Assembly: GCF_036365525.1 (NCBI RefSeq)
Contig: NC_090396.1
Coordinates: 64,948,429-65,012,428 of the forward strand
Length of the DNA: 64,000 bases
From: Heterodontus francisci
Lineage: Eukaryota
Reading direction: 5' to 3'
The notes under the pieces are model-generated. The model was not told the DNA's origin. It saw only the letters and a program-made list of their open reading frames with translations, and ran no database searches. A program made the translations under genes and the position numbers. Shown here in pieces: positions 1 through 12,889 of this stretch. Numbering within the stretch: position 1 is the stretch's first letter; each line of letters begins with the position of its first letter.

Positions 1-40
1 TATACAATTTTGAATTGCCTCACAACCCTTCCATTTCATT

Positions 41-280
41 GTCATGCCATATACATTTACCCATCCCTGGGTGCCCTTGAGAAGGTGGTGGTGAGCCGCC
101 ATCTTGAACCGCTGCAGTCCATGCGTTGAAGGTACTCCCATAGTGCTGTTGGTTAGGGAATGCCAAGATTTTGATCCAGTGATAAATGAAGGTGCAGTGA
201 TATATGTCCCAAGTTTGGGATCCTGTGGGACTTGTAGGTGATGGTGTTCCCATGTACCTGCTTGCCTTCTAGGAATTAGG
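41..280 (-). mobile_element. 3' fragment of a CR1/L2-group LINE ('family C')
   Basis: gcccttgagaaggtggtggtgagc...ttgaaccgctgcagtcc also occurs at 19445, 47570, 51050 and, inverted, at 58430-58820. Confidence 0.7.
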
Positions 281-629
281 AATAACTAGCACAAATTTCC
301 GCATCTAATTTGTTGCTGCTCGAGTTCTCATCTTCTATTCTTTCTAAGTTCCAAATTGGTCATCCTACACCCTCCCTTCCTCTTCTCAGCATTCAGAGTG
401 TTGAAATCCATGTTTATTCTTTGTTTTACTCTGTCAGGCAATTGCATTCAAGCTAAAACTAATAATCAGTCTGATTTACGAGTCAGTAACATACAGAGAA
501 AGTTGTTGATGTGATAATTATTTGTGGGTGTGGCAGCTTTCCGACATGGAGTCCAAGTGTGAATTTCAGAAACGGATTTAGAGTTGAGCTACAATGATGG
601 CCTTATCGCAAAATAATGTTTGTCATCAG

Positions 630-890
630 AAGCTTTGGAGGGGATACAGAAACTCGGAACACTTCCAGGGATGAGGAGTTAGAGGTGATTCTCCTTAGCA
701 CAGAGAAGGCTAGGAGGAGATTTGATAGAGGTGTTTAAAATCATAAAGGGATGGAGCAAATAAAAGAGAAACTATTTCCAGTGACTGGAGGATTGATAAC
801 TAAAGGGTATATATTTAAGGTGATTGGCAAACGAACCAAAAACAACATGAGGTTTTTTTATGCACTGGGTGGTTAGGATTAGGAATAGAG
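630..890 (+). mobile_element. Degraded CR1/HER1-like LINE 3' fragment
   Basis: ggagatttgatagaggtgtttaaaat (GDLIEVFK) motif. Confidence 0.65.
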
Positions 891-911
891 TGTTAGGAAT
901 AGAAATGTTTG

Positions 912-1285
912 TTTATGGGATGTGGGCATCACTGGCTAGGCCAGCATTTATTGTCCATCCATAATTGTCCTTGAACTGAGTGGCTTACTAGGCCATTTCA
1001 GAGAGTCAACCACATTGCTGTGGGTCTGGAGTCACATATCGGCCAGACCAGGTAAGGACAGCAGATTTCCTTCCCTAAAGGACATTAGTGAACCAGATGG
1101 GTTTTTACAACAATCGACAATGGTTTCGTGGCCACCATTAGACTAGCTTTTGAATTCCGCGATTAATTGAATTCAAATTTCACCCTCTGCCGTGGTGGGA
1201 TTCAAACCCATGTCCCCAGAGTAGTAGCCTGGGTCTCTGGGTTACTAGTCCAGTGACATTACCACTATGCCACTGCCTCCCCCTA
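912..1285 (-). mobile_element. tRNA-derived SINE whose tail matches LINE family C
   Basis: Reverse complement of the copies at 11398, 30836 and 46921; A-box TGGCATAGTGG and B-box GGTTTGAATCC. Confidence 0.8.
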
Positions 1286-3217
1286 AGTAGCCGTCAGAAG
1301 AAAATTGAATGGGCTCTTGAAGGAAATAAAATTGCAGGGCTACGGGGATCGAGCAAGAGAGTGGGACTGACTGGATTGCTCCGTGGAGAGGAGGCATGGA
1401 CTCGATGGGTCAAATGGCCTCCCTCCTATGCCGTCAGGTGCTCTAAAGCTTGAAGAAGATAAAAGTACAAGAGAGTGAGACTAACAGGATTGATCTTTGC
1501 AAGACCTGACGCAGACTCAATGGGCTGAATGGCCTCCATTTGTGTTCTACGATATATTTTATTGATGTATGGACCCTGCCATGAAAACTCTCATGGGGGG
1601 GCGGTGGAGGGAGTGCTAGCCATTTGCAATCACTATAAGATTCAATTAACTTTCCAAAGACAGACCATTTACTAACCAAGATTTCCCTAATTAGTTTCAG
1701 TTCAGTGTCACAACAGAGGGAGGTAGACAACACATTGAACATTTGGATAAATCAGGACTATGTGTTTTGGGCACTCCCCTGATACTAAGACAAAGGGAAC
1801 CCTGTAAAGATACAGCTTTCAAAGATCATTTTAAATTCACATTTGCCCTCTGCCTTATGTCCTGTCAGAAAAATATAATACAAAGGTTCTCCTGTTTTGA
1901 TGCAGCTCTTTTGCCATAACACTATAAATGTTGCTGCTGTTGACAGTGAGCTAATTAAAACATCCAGACATGCTCATGTTTCAGTCTCTGTTCCTAATTC
2001 CAAACATAAAATGCGATGGAGCATTCACACTATAGAGAGCATTACAGTATTTCCCCAAAGCATTTGTTAATATTAGTGCAGAAATTCAATTGAATTGTGT
2101 AGATTACACTGGATGTGTAAAGCTGGATACAACCACTGGTAATCAAGCTGTCTCTTTATTGACCAAAAGTGCGGTGAATTCTGAGAGGACGAATGCGTGT
2201 TTTCAAATGTGCGTTCTGTCAGAATTCCACCCTGTAATCTGCTCCAACAACAGAGGCTGCAGATAGTGACACTGGCCAGTATGGCGCTGACAGAATCTAC
2301 AGCAGCGACTACTAACAGGACTGTTTCTCAAGGAAAAATGCAGTGAGTGGAGGATAGTTACGTGGAAAGTATTATGTTGCATAAAATCAATCCCAGTCAC
2401 TTATAGCAGTGTGGTCTCCAGACATGATTACATAGAATGATAGAGAATATATAGCACAGAAACAGGCCATTTGGCCCAACTCGTCTGTGCTGGTGTATGT
2501 ACTCCGAGTCTCCTTCCATTCCATCTACCTCACGCCTTTCAGCATATCTTTCTATTCCCTTTTTCTTTCATGTCAAACTTGTCTAGTTTCCTTTTGAAGG
2601 TAGCTAAGCTATAATTGATGGGGAAATTACCCAATTACTCCTGCTGACTTCTCTGATAATGATGATGTGGAGCTCAGCTAAACAGAGGCTTGGGTTCATT
2701 CCCCACACAGTGCTGTTCTCAGCTGGGACATCAGGAAGATTGTAGTTAGTCTCCGTGTTGCTCGGCCTGGAGACTCGGCCTGGCTCCTTCCCACCCGCTG
2801 ACCCTGTTGGGACAAGAGGGCATCAGGAAAGATGCTGATTGGCTGCCATTTCTTCACTCTCTCCTCCACCTCTTCCCACTTCCCCGTTGATCAGATACAT
2901 GCTGGGTCTCGCTGCCTGGGGCTGAACTGCAAGTAAGGTCACTCAACTGGAATACTAGAGGGAATTGTTTGCTGGACTATGTGCGGATGTGGGGACCCAA
3001 ACCTTTGGGGGAGGGGAGGGTGGTCAACATTGCAGCACTGTTGGTGGAAAAGATGTGTCTGTCTCAGGAACAGAGTAAATTATATTTGGTTAGCCCCTTT
3101 ACTGTTAGCTTAAAGCAACTTCACCAAACTGGCACTGAGCAAGAGGAGGTTGACCCATTGCTCCATTCAGGAGACAGTTGAGTTTTCCAATTCAATAAAT
3201 GGTTCATTTGCTACACT

Positions 3218-4265
3218 TTGCAACAACAAAGTGCATTTACACAGCATCTTAAACATAGTAAAACTGTAGTAACTTTGTCCCAAGGTGCTTCACAGGATCA
3301 CTATGGGCTGAATTTTATGGCCCCCCCCCCCCCCCCACTCCTCCCGAGATGGGCTTGGAGGCAATGGGGGGAGCCCATAGAATTGAGATGGGATTGGGGG
3401 TGAAGTGCACAGAGGACCCTTCACCTCCACATCACAATGCAATTTTGTCAAGGGTGGGATAGGCCGAAGACGGCCTAACCACCCGGAGGCCAATTGAGGC
3501 CCTTAAGTGTCCTATTGACGGCCACTTAAGGGCCACTTCCTACCACCGCTGGGATTTAATCAGCAGTGGGGCAGGGGCCTCCGCCACATAGGGCTTGGTA
3601 AAATGAGGCAAACTCGCTGCAGGCTTGGCAGAGTGGCCACAGATTTCCCACGGAGGAGGGGCCCCTGCAGGGAAGACCTGAACCATCCTCCCCTTGCACT
3701 AAATGTCCACCCTCACACCTCGCTGGGCCTGCCGGTCTGACCCCAGGGACCCTGCTTCACCAACCTTGGATCTTGACTCCAGCGCTGCAGTACCAGCAGG
3801 GGCCAGCATTCCCGGTGGTGCTACCGCTACTGCTGATTTGCCGGCAGCTCTTGGAGGTGGAATCCCCGTCTTTAAAGGGTCGGGGATCCCAGCGCCAGGC
3901 TGTTAATTGACCTGGCACTGTAGAGTCGCTCTGTGGGGGGGCTCCAGCTGGAAAAAGCCTTTTTGGCCTGGCACCAGGAGCCCCACCGTGGGCACAAAAT
4001 TCAGCCCGACGAAACTGAACTTGGCACCAAGTCACAGAAGGAGATATCAGGAAATGGTGACCAAATGCTTGGTTAAGGAGTTAGGTTTTAAGGAGCCTCT
4101 TGAAGGAGGTGAAGAGGTATAGGGAGGGAATTCCAGTGCTTAGGGCTTCGGCACTGAAGGCACGGACTCCAGTGATGGAGGTCTGAAAATTGGGAATGTG
4201 CAAGAGGCCAGAATTGGAGGAGTGCAGGGATCTTGGAGGGTTGAGGGCTGGTGGAGGTTAAAGGT
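3218..4265 (-). mobile_element. L2 LINE 3' end, interrupted by a MITE
   Basis: L2 tail at 3218-3304 resumes at 4008; similar to 23545-24135. Confidence 0.65.
3305..4007. mobile_element. Non-autonomous DNA transposon (MITE) with GGG-starting TIRs, PIF/Harbinger-like
   Basis: gggctgaattttatggccc at 3305 and gggcacaaaattcagccc ending at 4007. GC-rich interior with an internal palindrome; TSD not preserved. Confidence 0.7.
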
Positions 4266-4267
4266 AT

Positions 4268-4830
4268 AGAGCCTTGGTGAGACTGCACCTGGAGTATTGT
4301 ATACAGTTTTGGTCTCCTTAGCTAAGGAAGGATATACTTGTCATAGAGGGTGTGCAACGAAGGTTCACCAGACTGATTCCTGGGATGACGGGATTGTCCT
4401 ATGAGAAGAGATTGAGGAGACTGGGCCTATATTCTCTAGAGTTTAGAAGAATGAGAGGTGATCTCATTGAAACATACAAAATTCTTACAGGTCTCGATAG
4501 GGTGGCTGTAGATAGGATGTTTCCTCTGGCTGGTGAGTCTAGAACCAGGGGACACAGTCTCAGAGTAAGAGTTAGGCCATTGAGGAGGAATCTCTTCATT
4601 CAGAAGGTGGTAAATCTGTGGAATTCTCTACTCCAGAGGACTGTGGGGGCTCAGTCGTTGAGTATGTTCAAGACGGAGATCGATGGCGTTCTAGATATTG
4701 AAGATATCAAGGGATATGGGGATAGTGTGAGAAAATGGCATTGAGGTAGAAGATCGGCCATGATCTAGTTGAAAGGCGGAGCAGGCTTGAGGGGCCGAAT
4801 GGCATAGTCCTGCTCCTAGTTCCTTATGTA
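4268..4830 (+). mobile_element. CR1/HER1 LINE, 3' end of ORF2 and tail
   Basis: QRRFTRLIPGMTGLSYEKRLRRLGLYSLEFRRMRGDLIETYKIL. Confidence 0.9.
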
Positions 4831-5261
4831 GGGAGGCGGGACGAGACTAGGGCAGGAATTTGAAACCTAGTTCTTCATTTCCCTAATTCTGTTACCTCTT
4901 GAAAACAACTGATTGACCAAGGCAGGCGTAAGCTGGACAAACAGCATCAAGTGTTCAGATAGGGCAGTGAGTAAATGTCAGTGGGGAAAATAAACCTGTT
5001 AAAATGGATTATTGTGTGAAATTGTTGTTCACTGGCTAACAAAACTCTTTAATTCTCTGCCTTTTATCTCCTTGCCCTGAACCCTCAGTGGATCGGAAGC
5101 AGATATCATGCTGCAGCATCTGTGCAGTGACTTGTAGCCAGTCAGTGCTGGGGGCAGCTGTGCTCCTTTATATTAAGAAAGATCTGTGAAATTGACTTTA
5201 ATGGCCTGTACTTATACACGGAGACGAGATTTGAGTATAAACTTTATACTTCACAATTAAG

Positions 5262-5702
5262 AGACTTGCATTTACATAGCGCCTTTCACATCCTTGGGGG
5301 TCCCAAAGTGCTTTACAGCCAATTAAGTACTTTTTGAAGTGAGGTCACTGTTGTAATGTAGGAAGCGGGGCAGCTAATTCGCACACAGCAAGATCCCACA
5401 GTAATATGACAATGACCAGATAATCTGTTGCTCGAGGGATAGATATTAGCCAGGACACTAGGGAGAACATTTCTGCTGTTTGAAATAGGTGCGCACAGAA
5501 GATTCATTGGCACTGAGAGAGCAGACAGAGCTTTGGTTTAAGGTTTCTTTCAAAACATGGCACCTCCCGGCAGTGTAGCACTCCCTCAGTACTGTGCCGG
5601 AATGTCAGCTTAGATACTTGCGCTCAAATATCTGGATTGGGACTTGAAACCACAACCTTCTGACTTGGAGGTGAATGTGCTACCCACTGAGCCACGGCTG
5701 AA
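5262..5702 (-). mobile_element. DeuSINE (SacSINE1/AmnSINE1-like)
   Basis: Reverse complement of a tRNA head, a Deu-domain-like core (cagtactgagggagtgct...) and the tail aaaggcgctat..aaatgcaagtc. Confidence 0.75.
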
Positions 5703-7074
5703 TCCAAGTACATCATGGAAGTAGCTGTTGACTGACAGAGCTTGTTGGTTCACAGTACATCGTTGAGTATATTCAAGACAGAGGTTGATAGATTTTTGGG
5801 TGCTAAGGGAATTATGGGATGTGAGGATAGTGCAGGAAGGTGGAGCTGAGACAGAAGATCAGCCATGATCTTGTTGAATGGTGGAACAGGCTTGAAGGGC
5901 CGAAAGGCCTACTCCAGCTCCTGTTATGTGTCTGAGTCCTGCAATATCAGTAAGTCCCCAGTTCTGTTTTTGAGTGTCCGATCTCAACCAGATCTAATCT
6001 CCACTTGATGTCCTCCTCCTCCCACCCTGAACAAGGGACAAAGAGATCACCCACTCACTGTTGAGCAGCTTCTAATGGCAGTTCGCAGAGAAATGTTGGG
6101 AGAAGATCCTGGGCCAGATTGAAACTCCTCAACCATGGATCCTATGTGATGCAAGAGAATCCAACTGGGGAAATGGGAATGGGAGCCTTGGAGAAAATGT
6201 TATCCTTTCAGAAATAATATTAGAGGTTTGTGATTACATGACCTGACTGGGCCTACCGTGATCAGTCAATTTCCCTTGTGTTTCAATTTCATTTTTCCTC
6301 TCCTGTCCCAAGTTTCCCAATTCCAGCTCCCACTCTTGAACCAGCTGCTGGCAGATGTGTTGAGTTGTTGGGGTAACTCGATCTCTGACCTCCCCTCCCT
6401 CAGTAATGTCCGACTTCTGCTCGGTGGCCTCACCCAGCAATGCAACTGCGATGTGAGAATGCACTGGAGGAAGTTCCACGATCATCCATGTTCTCAATTG
6501 TGGTAGAGTTCAGCCTGTGAGTGCAAAAGATGAGGCTGAAGTGTTTTGTAAGTGTCTTCAGGCAAAAGAACATGTTATCAATGTTGCTCTGCAGTCTCCC
6601 AAGGTCTCCCCCATCCTAGATGCTGGTGTCTGGTTAATTTACAAAGTATTTATAGCACAGAAACAGGCCATTCGGTCCAGCTAGTCCATGCCATTTATGC
6701 ACCACATGAGCCTCTTCCTACCTCTCTTCACCAACATATCCTTCTATTCCTTTCTCCACCATGTGATTATCGAGCTTCGCCTTAAATGTGTCTATACAAT
6801 TGGCCTCAACTATGTCTACCCTATTGATAAGCTTGAAGACCTCCAGCAGGTGACCCCTCAGACTTCTTGGTCCACTCCCTGTAACATTAAAAAGGGGCTG
6901 GGTGGAACTGAACACAACAAAGGCTGCCTTTACCCGCCCTCAGTCAGCTATCTGTAGCAGAGCAACAATGGGAAGGCAAACAGCCAGGGGCATGGGGGCA
7001 ATGAAGGAGGGAGGGTCAGAAGTGAATGGTTAATGCAGTGTTGCCTCTTGTTTTATCACCTCTGTGTCGCCCAG

Positions 7075-7265
7075 GTGCCGATTGTGACGTGGATTCAGCC
7101 GCCCGCTATGTCGCCAATCAGTTTCTGTCACTTAACAGAAGCCCAGCAAAGTTAGTCTACCACCATTTCACAACTGCCACTGATACTTCCAATGTCCAGA
7201 TCGTCTTTCAAGTAGTCATGGACACCATTATAAAAGAGAATCTGGAAGCTGTTTCTCTGCTTTAA
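7075..7265 (+). CDS. gnav1: G protein alpha subunit, Gv class; terminal coding exon only (upstream exons not found in the window)
   Basis: Acceptor tctgtgtcgcccag| then (G)ADCDVDSAARYVANQFLSLNRSPAKLVYHHFTTATDTSNVQIVFQVVMDTIIKENLEAVSLL*. This is a G-alpha G5 box (HFTTATDT) plus the alpha5 helix. The ENLEAVSLL end matches teleost Gnav1 as I recall it. Candidate AATAAA at 8182-8187. Confidence 0.85.
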
Positions 7266-8267
7266 TCCTCGGAAGGGTTGTTGGGTGGAGGGGGGGGGGG
7301 GGAGAGGGGAGAAACTGCCCACCCACAAAGCTGGTGAATACCAGGCAGTCTGGCTCAGGAACTCCCTACGGGACTGGTGGAACATACAGAACCTCCAACC
7401 TCCAACTTCCAACCCAGCCGTGCTGGAATCTGTTGACCTGTAACGGTGTTCGTCAAATATGTTGAGACGTCCTGTTCTGTAGACAAGGGACTCGATGAGG
7501 TGACCTCCTCCGTACCACTGCAGAGGGAAAGGTAGCAAGACCCCGACATTTCAATATTTTAATCACACCCGCACCGACAAGGCGGGGTGGAGTGAGGGTG
7601 AGTGGTATGAAGGATATTTAAAGCTCTGCATCCCCACCAAAATGGTGGGGACTGTGGGTTAAATACTTCCGGAGCAGTCCTGGAAAAGTGAACACTTTTT
7701 TAATACTAAAGGCGAGGTCTGTGGTGACCTAAATTAGCTTCCCCCTCGGGGAGACCCCGAGTTCCAGATTTCAGAGCCCAGAATGGGCGGGGCTTGGGGG
7801 GAAATATTGCTGCCAATTTAATATTTCCAGCGAAGTTTCATCAGATAAGTCATGGGAGCAAAACGGGATCTTCCACTGGGACTGTCTGGTCCAAACCTCT
7901 CAACACTTGGATTTTCTGTTGTGACGCACTATTCTGAATCAGTAATGCAAACCAGCTCTGAGCAATTACAGGTCTGGCCTTCCAGAGCTTGTGATCTCTC
8001 ACTAATCCTGATATCAACTATAGTCATCGAGGCTTTCAATCTCTCTGCCCATGGATGTCCCAGTTTTTGCTGCTTTTAGAACATTTCTTTTTTTTGAAAA
8101 AGGAGTTTCAATTTGTTTAAATGTGTATGGAGAATCATTGTTAATCTTGAATGACAAATGTTGCACTGGTTATACATTCCAAATAAAGTAGTTAATAGCC
8201 CTTAAATCTTGTCCCGCCTTCTGTTATTACATGTAAAAGGAAAAGTTCCTGATGCAGATAATTAGGT

Positions 8268-10716
8268 TATAAGAACACAAGAAATATGAGCAGGAGTAGA
8301 CCATACGATCATGGCTGATCTTGGGCTTTAACTCCACTTTCCCATCTGCTCCCCATATCCAATTTTTCCCTGAGAGACCAAAAATCTGTCTATCCCAGCC
8401 TTAAATATATTCAATGATGGAGCATCCATAACCCTCTGGGGTAGAGAATTCCAAACATTCACAACCCTCTGAGTGAAGTAATTTCTCCTCATCTCAGTCC
8501 TAGATAATTGGCCCTTTATCCTGAAACTGCCCCTTTGTTCTAGATTCCCCTGTCAGTATTTACCTGCCGTCATAATCTTGTATGTTTCAATGAGATCACC
8601 TCTCATTCTTCTTAACTCCAGAGAATATAGACCCAATTTACTCAGGTTCTTATCATAGGACAAACCTCTCATCCCAGGGACCAATCGAGTAAACCTTTGC
8701 TGTACTGTCTCCAATGCAAGTGGATCCTTCTTTAAATATGGAGACCAAAATTGTACACAGTATTCCCAGTGTGGTCTCGCCAAAACCCTGTACAATTGTA
8801 GCAAGATTTCTTTATTCCTGTACTCCAATCCCCTTGCAATAAAGGCCAACATGCCACTTGCCTTCCTAATTGCTTGCTGTACCTGCACGTTAACTTTTTG
8901 TGTTTTTTGTACAAGTGCACCCAAGTCTCTCTGAACATCAACATTTACAAGATTAATGACTTTTTTTTTAAAAAAGTCCACTTTTCTATTCTTACAAGCA
9001 AAGTGTATAACCTCACACTTCCCCACATTATACCCCATCTGCCACCTTGTTGCCCACTCACTTAACCTGTCTATATCTCTTTGCAGCCTCTCTGTGTCCT
9101 CCTTACAGCTTGCATTTCCACCGAGCTTTGTATCATCATCAAACTTAGATTCATGACTTTCTATGTCTTAATCTAAGTCATTAATGTAGATTGTAAATGG
9201 CTGAGGCCCTGGCACTGATCCCTGTGCCACTAGTTACAGCTTGTTAACTGAAAATGCCTCAATTATCTTTACTCCTTGCTTCCTGTCCATTAATCTATCC
9301 ATGCTAATATATCACCCCAACTACCATGAGCCCTTTGTATATTAACCTTTTGTGTGGAATCTTATTGAATACCTTTTGGAAATCCAGGTATACTACATCT
9401 ACTAGTTCCCCTTTATCTACCCTACTAGTTACATCTCAAAAAAACTCTAGTAAATGTCAAACAGGATTTCCCTTTCATAAAATTATGTTAACTTGTTCTA
9501 ATCATACTATGCTTTTCTGAGTACGTTGGTAAGATTTCCTTTCAATAGATTCCAGCACTTTCCCGATGACTGATGTCAAGTTAACTGGCCTGTAGTTCCC
9601 TGTTTTCTCACTCCATCCTTTCTTGAATAACAGTGATAGCAGTGCTACATTTGATAACTTCCAATCTGCTGGGACCGTTCCAGAATCTAGGGAATTTTGG
9701 AAAATCATAGCCAGCGCATCCACTATCTCCGCAGCTATCTCTTTTAGAACCCTAGAATGTAGGCCCTCAGGTTCTGGGGATTTGTTGGATTTTAGTCCTT
9801 TGAGTTTCTCTAGTACTTTTTCTCTACTGATAGTAATTACCTTAATTTCCTCACTCATATTAGCCCCTAGGTTACCCTCTATTTAGAACATAGAACAGTA
9901 CAGGCCCTTCAGCCCACGATGTTGTGCCGAACCTTTAACCTACTCTCAGATCAAACTAACTACCTACCCTTCATTCTACTATCATCCATGTACCTATCCA
10001 AGAGTCGCTTAAATGCCCCTAATGTATCTGCTTCTACTACCACCGCTGGCAGCGCATTCCACGCACCCACCAATCTCTGTGTAAAGAACCTACCTCTGAC
10101 ATCTCCCCGAAACCTTCCTCCAATCACCTTAAAATTATGCCCCCTGGTGATAGCCCTTTCCACCCTGGGAAAAAGTCTCTGACTATCCACTCTATCTATG
10201 CCTCTCATCATCTTGTACCCCTCTATCAAGTCACCTCTCATCCTTCTTCGCTCCAATGAGAAAAGCCCTAGCTCCCTCAATCTTTCTTCGTAGGACATGC
10301 CCTCCAGTCCAGGCAGCATCCTGGTAAATCTCCTCTGCACCCTCTCCAAAGCTTCCACATCCTTCCTATAATGAGGCGACCAGAACTGAACACAATATTC
10401 CAAGTGTGGTCGAACCAGGGCCTTATGGAGCTGCAGCATAACCTCGCGGCTCTTAAACTCAATCCCCCTGTTAATGAAAGCCAACACACCATACATCTTC
10501 TTAACAACCCTATCAACTTGGGTGGCAACTTTGATGTAACTTGTATGTAATTTGTGTCTTTGACTGTGAAGACAGACACAAAATATTTGTTCAATGTCTC
10601 TGCCATTCCTTCATTCCCTGTGATAATTTCTCCTGTCTCTGCTTATCAGGGTCCAATGTTTACTTTAGCTAGTCTCCTTTTTATATATTTGTGTAAAAGC
10701 TCTTACTATCTGTTTT
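8268..10716 (-). mobile_element. CR1/HER1 LINE ORF2 remnant with a nested younger CR1
   Basis: KSPEPEGLHSRVLKE, GNYRPVNLTSVIGKVLE and RDLGALV...GDLIETYK. Confidence 0.9.
9885..10533 (-). mobile_element. Younger 5'-truncated CR1 nested in the older CR1
   Basis: Unbroken 178-aa ORF YGVLAFINRGIEFKSRE...RRMRGDLIE with a (ttcta)-type tail; the host element resumes at about 10543. Confidence 0.85.
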
Positions 10717-11397
10717 TAAGATGTGGAAAGAATTAAACGAGCTGGTCAAGTCTCTACTTCCATCTACCTTCTTAAAAAGAAATTAAAGTTGGATCCATTG
10801 ATTAGCAAATCTTCTCTGGCAGTCATCCATCTTGTGAGATGATAGTTTGCACCTTGGTGGTCAACGCTGTGTTTAGTGATACTAGACTGTCCTCTCTAAG
10901 GCACAAGCCTGGGCAAAAAAGTTGTGGAGAACTCCCCGGTTGTGTCCAAAGGAATGCAGAACATTATGTTTGGCACCAGTTTGGTTGCAGGAGTTGCTGG
11001 AAAGATGATGTATTTAAGCATCAGTGCACCTTTGACCTCCACTCCAGACTTTTTTTAATCAGGGTCAACTCCCTTAGCCTTCATCTTTCCTAAGGTATTC
11101 ACAAGACACTGGGAGTTTGGTTCATGAGTGCCAGGGTGTGCCCACATGCCAGTGGGCCTGCACTCTGCATGTATGAGGGGCCAACTTCCTCCAAGTTCCT
11201 CTGAAGCTTTAGCCTGAGGCCGTGAAAGACCCAGATTCCGTGTGTCGCCACGTGGAGGAACAGCAGAGAACTTGCTGATGAAGAGGCTGTGTACTGACAG
11301 AGAGAGGCTTACCCACACGGCTGTCCTTTTGTGTTGCTGCCAGCCAGTGGAGTAAGCTGAAAGTGAGAAGCACACTAACTCTTTTCACCCACACACG

Positions 11398-11790
11398 GGA
11401 GGCAGTCGCATAGTAGTAATGTCACTAGTAATCCAGAGCCCAGGCTAATACTCTGGGGCATGGGTTTGAATCCCACCACAGCAGATGGTGAAATTTGAAT
11501 TCAATTAATAAATCTGGAATTAAAAGCTAGTCTAATGGTAACCATGAAACCATTGTCGATTATTGTAAAAACCCATCTGATTCACTAATGTCCTTTAGGG
11601 AAGGAAATCAGCTGTCCTTACTCAGTCTGGCCTACATGTGACTCCAAGCCCACAGCAATGTGGTTGACTCTTAAAAAAAAAAAAATGCCCTCTGAAATGG
11701 ACGAGCAAGCCACTCAGTTCAAGGGCAATTAGAGATGGGCAAAAACTGCTGGCCTAGCCAGCAACGCCCACATCCCACAAAAAAGGAATT
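11398..11790 (+). mobile_element. tRNA-derived SINE with LINE-C tail
   Basis: Full-length copy; tail gggcaattagagatgggca...cccacatccc. Confidence 0.8.
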
Positions 11791-12032
11791 TTAAGAAAGC
11801 TAGACTCATCACATCAACCTGTTAGACACAAATTTCATTTTAACGTAACCTTTTCTAAAGTCTTTCGTTCGCCTACACTTCCAATGGAGAAATGTTCATT
11901 TTACTGCAATTCCCAATTCTCAGCAAGCGTGGCATGCAGAAGTCCTGCTTTCATGAGACTTGTCACCTTTTGAGCCGAGGCTTTTACCTCTGGATTTGAT
12001 TGGGTTCAGGCGCTGACAAGCCCAAGACCAGG

Positions 12033-12722
12033 AACGCACAAAGTTAACATGCAGGTGCAGCAGATTACTAGGAAGGCAAATGGCATGTTGGCCTTTATTG
12101 CAAGGGCATTGGAGTACAGGAATAAAGAAGTCTTACTAAAATTGTACAGGACTTTGGTGAGACCGCACCTGGAATACTGTGTGTAGTTTTGGTCTCCACA
12201 TTTAAGAAAGGATATACTTTCACTGGAGGCAGTGCAGTGAAGATTCACTAAATTGGTTCCTGGGATGAGGGGGTTGTCCTATGATGATAAGCTGAGTAAA
12301 TTGGGCCTATATTCTCTGGAGTTTAGAAGAATGGGAGCCGATCTAATTGAGATATACAGGATTCTGAAAGGGCTTGACAGGGTAGAAGCTGAGAGATTGT
12401 TCCCACTGGTCAGGGAATCTAGAACACGGGGACACAGTCTCAGGATGGGGCCAATCATTCAGAACTGAGATGAGGAAAAAATTACTTCAATCAAAGTGTT
12501 GTGAATCTTTGGAATTCTCTACCCCAAATGGTTGTGGATGCTCCATCATTGAATACATTTAAGGCTAGGATAGATAGATTTTTGGTCTCACGGGGAATCA
12601 AGGGATATGGGGAGCGGATGGGAAAGTGGAATTGAAGCCCAAGATCAACCATGGTCATATTGAATGGCAAAGCAGGCTCGATGGGTCATATGGTATATTC
12701 TGCTCCTATTTCTTGTGTTCTT
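12033..12722 (+). mobile_element. CR1/HER1 LINE 3' end
   Basis: VPGMRGLSYDDKLSKLGLYSLEFRR; close to the inverted copy at 8268-8930. Confidence 0.88.
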
Positions 12723-12889
12723 GTTGTTGAGATCCAGTTTGACCTGGTTTGCACCCATTTTGTGGATGTTATGTGCGAGGCAGGGGAATGGATGTTGAAT
12801 TTCTAACAGGCTGCACAAGGAAAACTCTGCATTTGTCGCTTTAGGAAAAAGTGGATGTTTCTGAAAAGTTTGAAAGAATGGAGGATTCA

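Noticed and set aside
1-7074. Searched for the penultimate gnav1 exon (NKxD G4 box)
   Set aside because: Not found by eye; probably upstream of the window.
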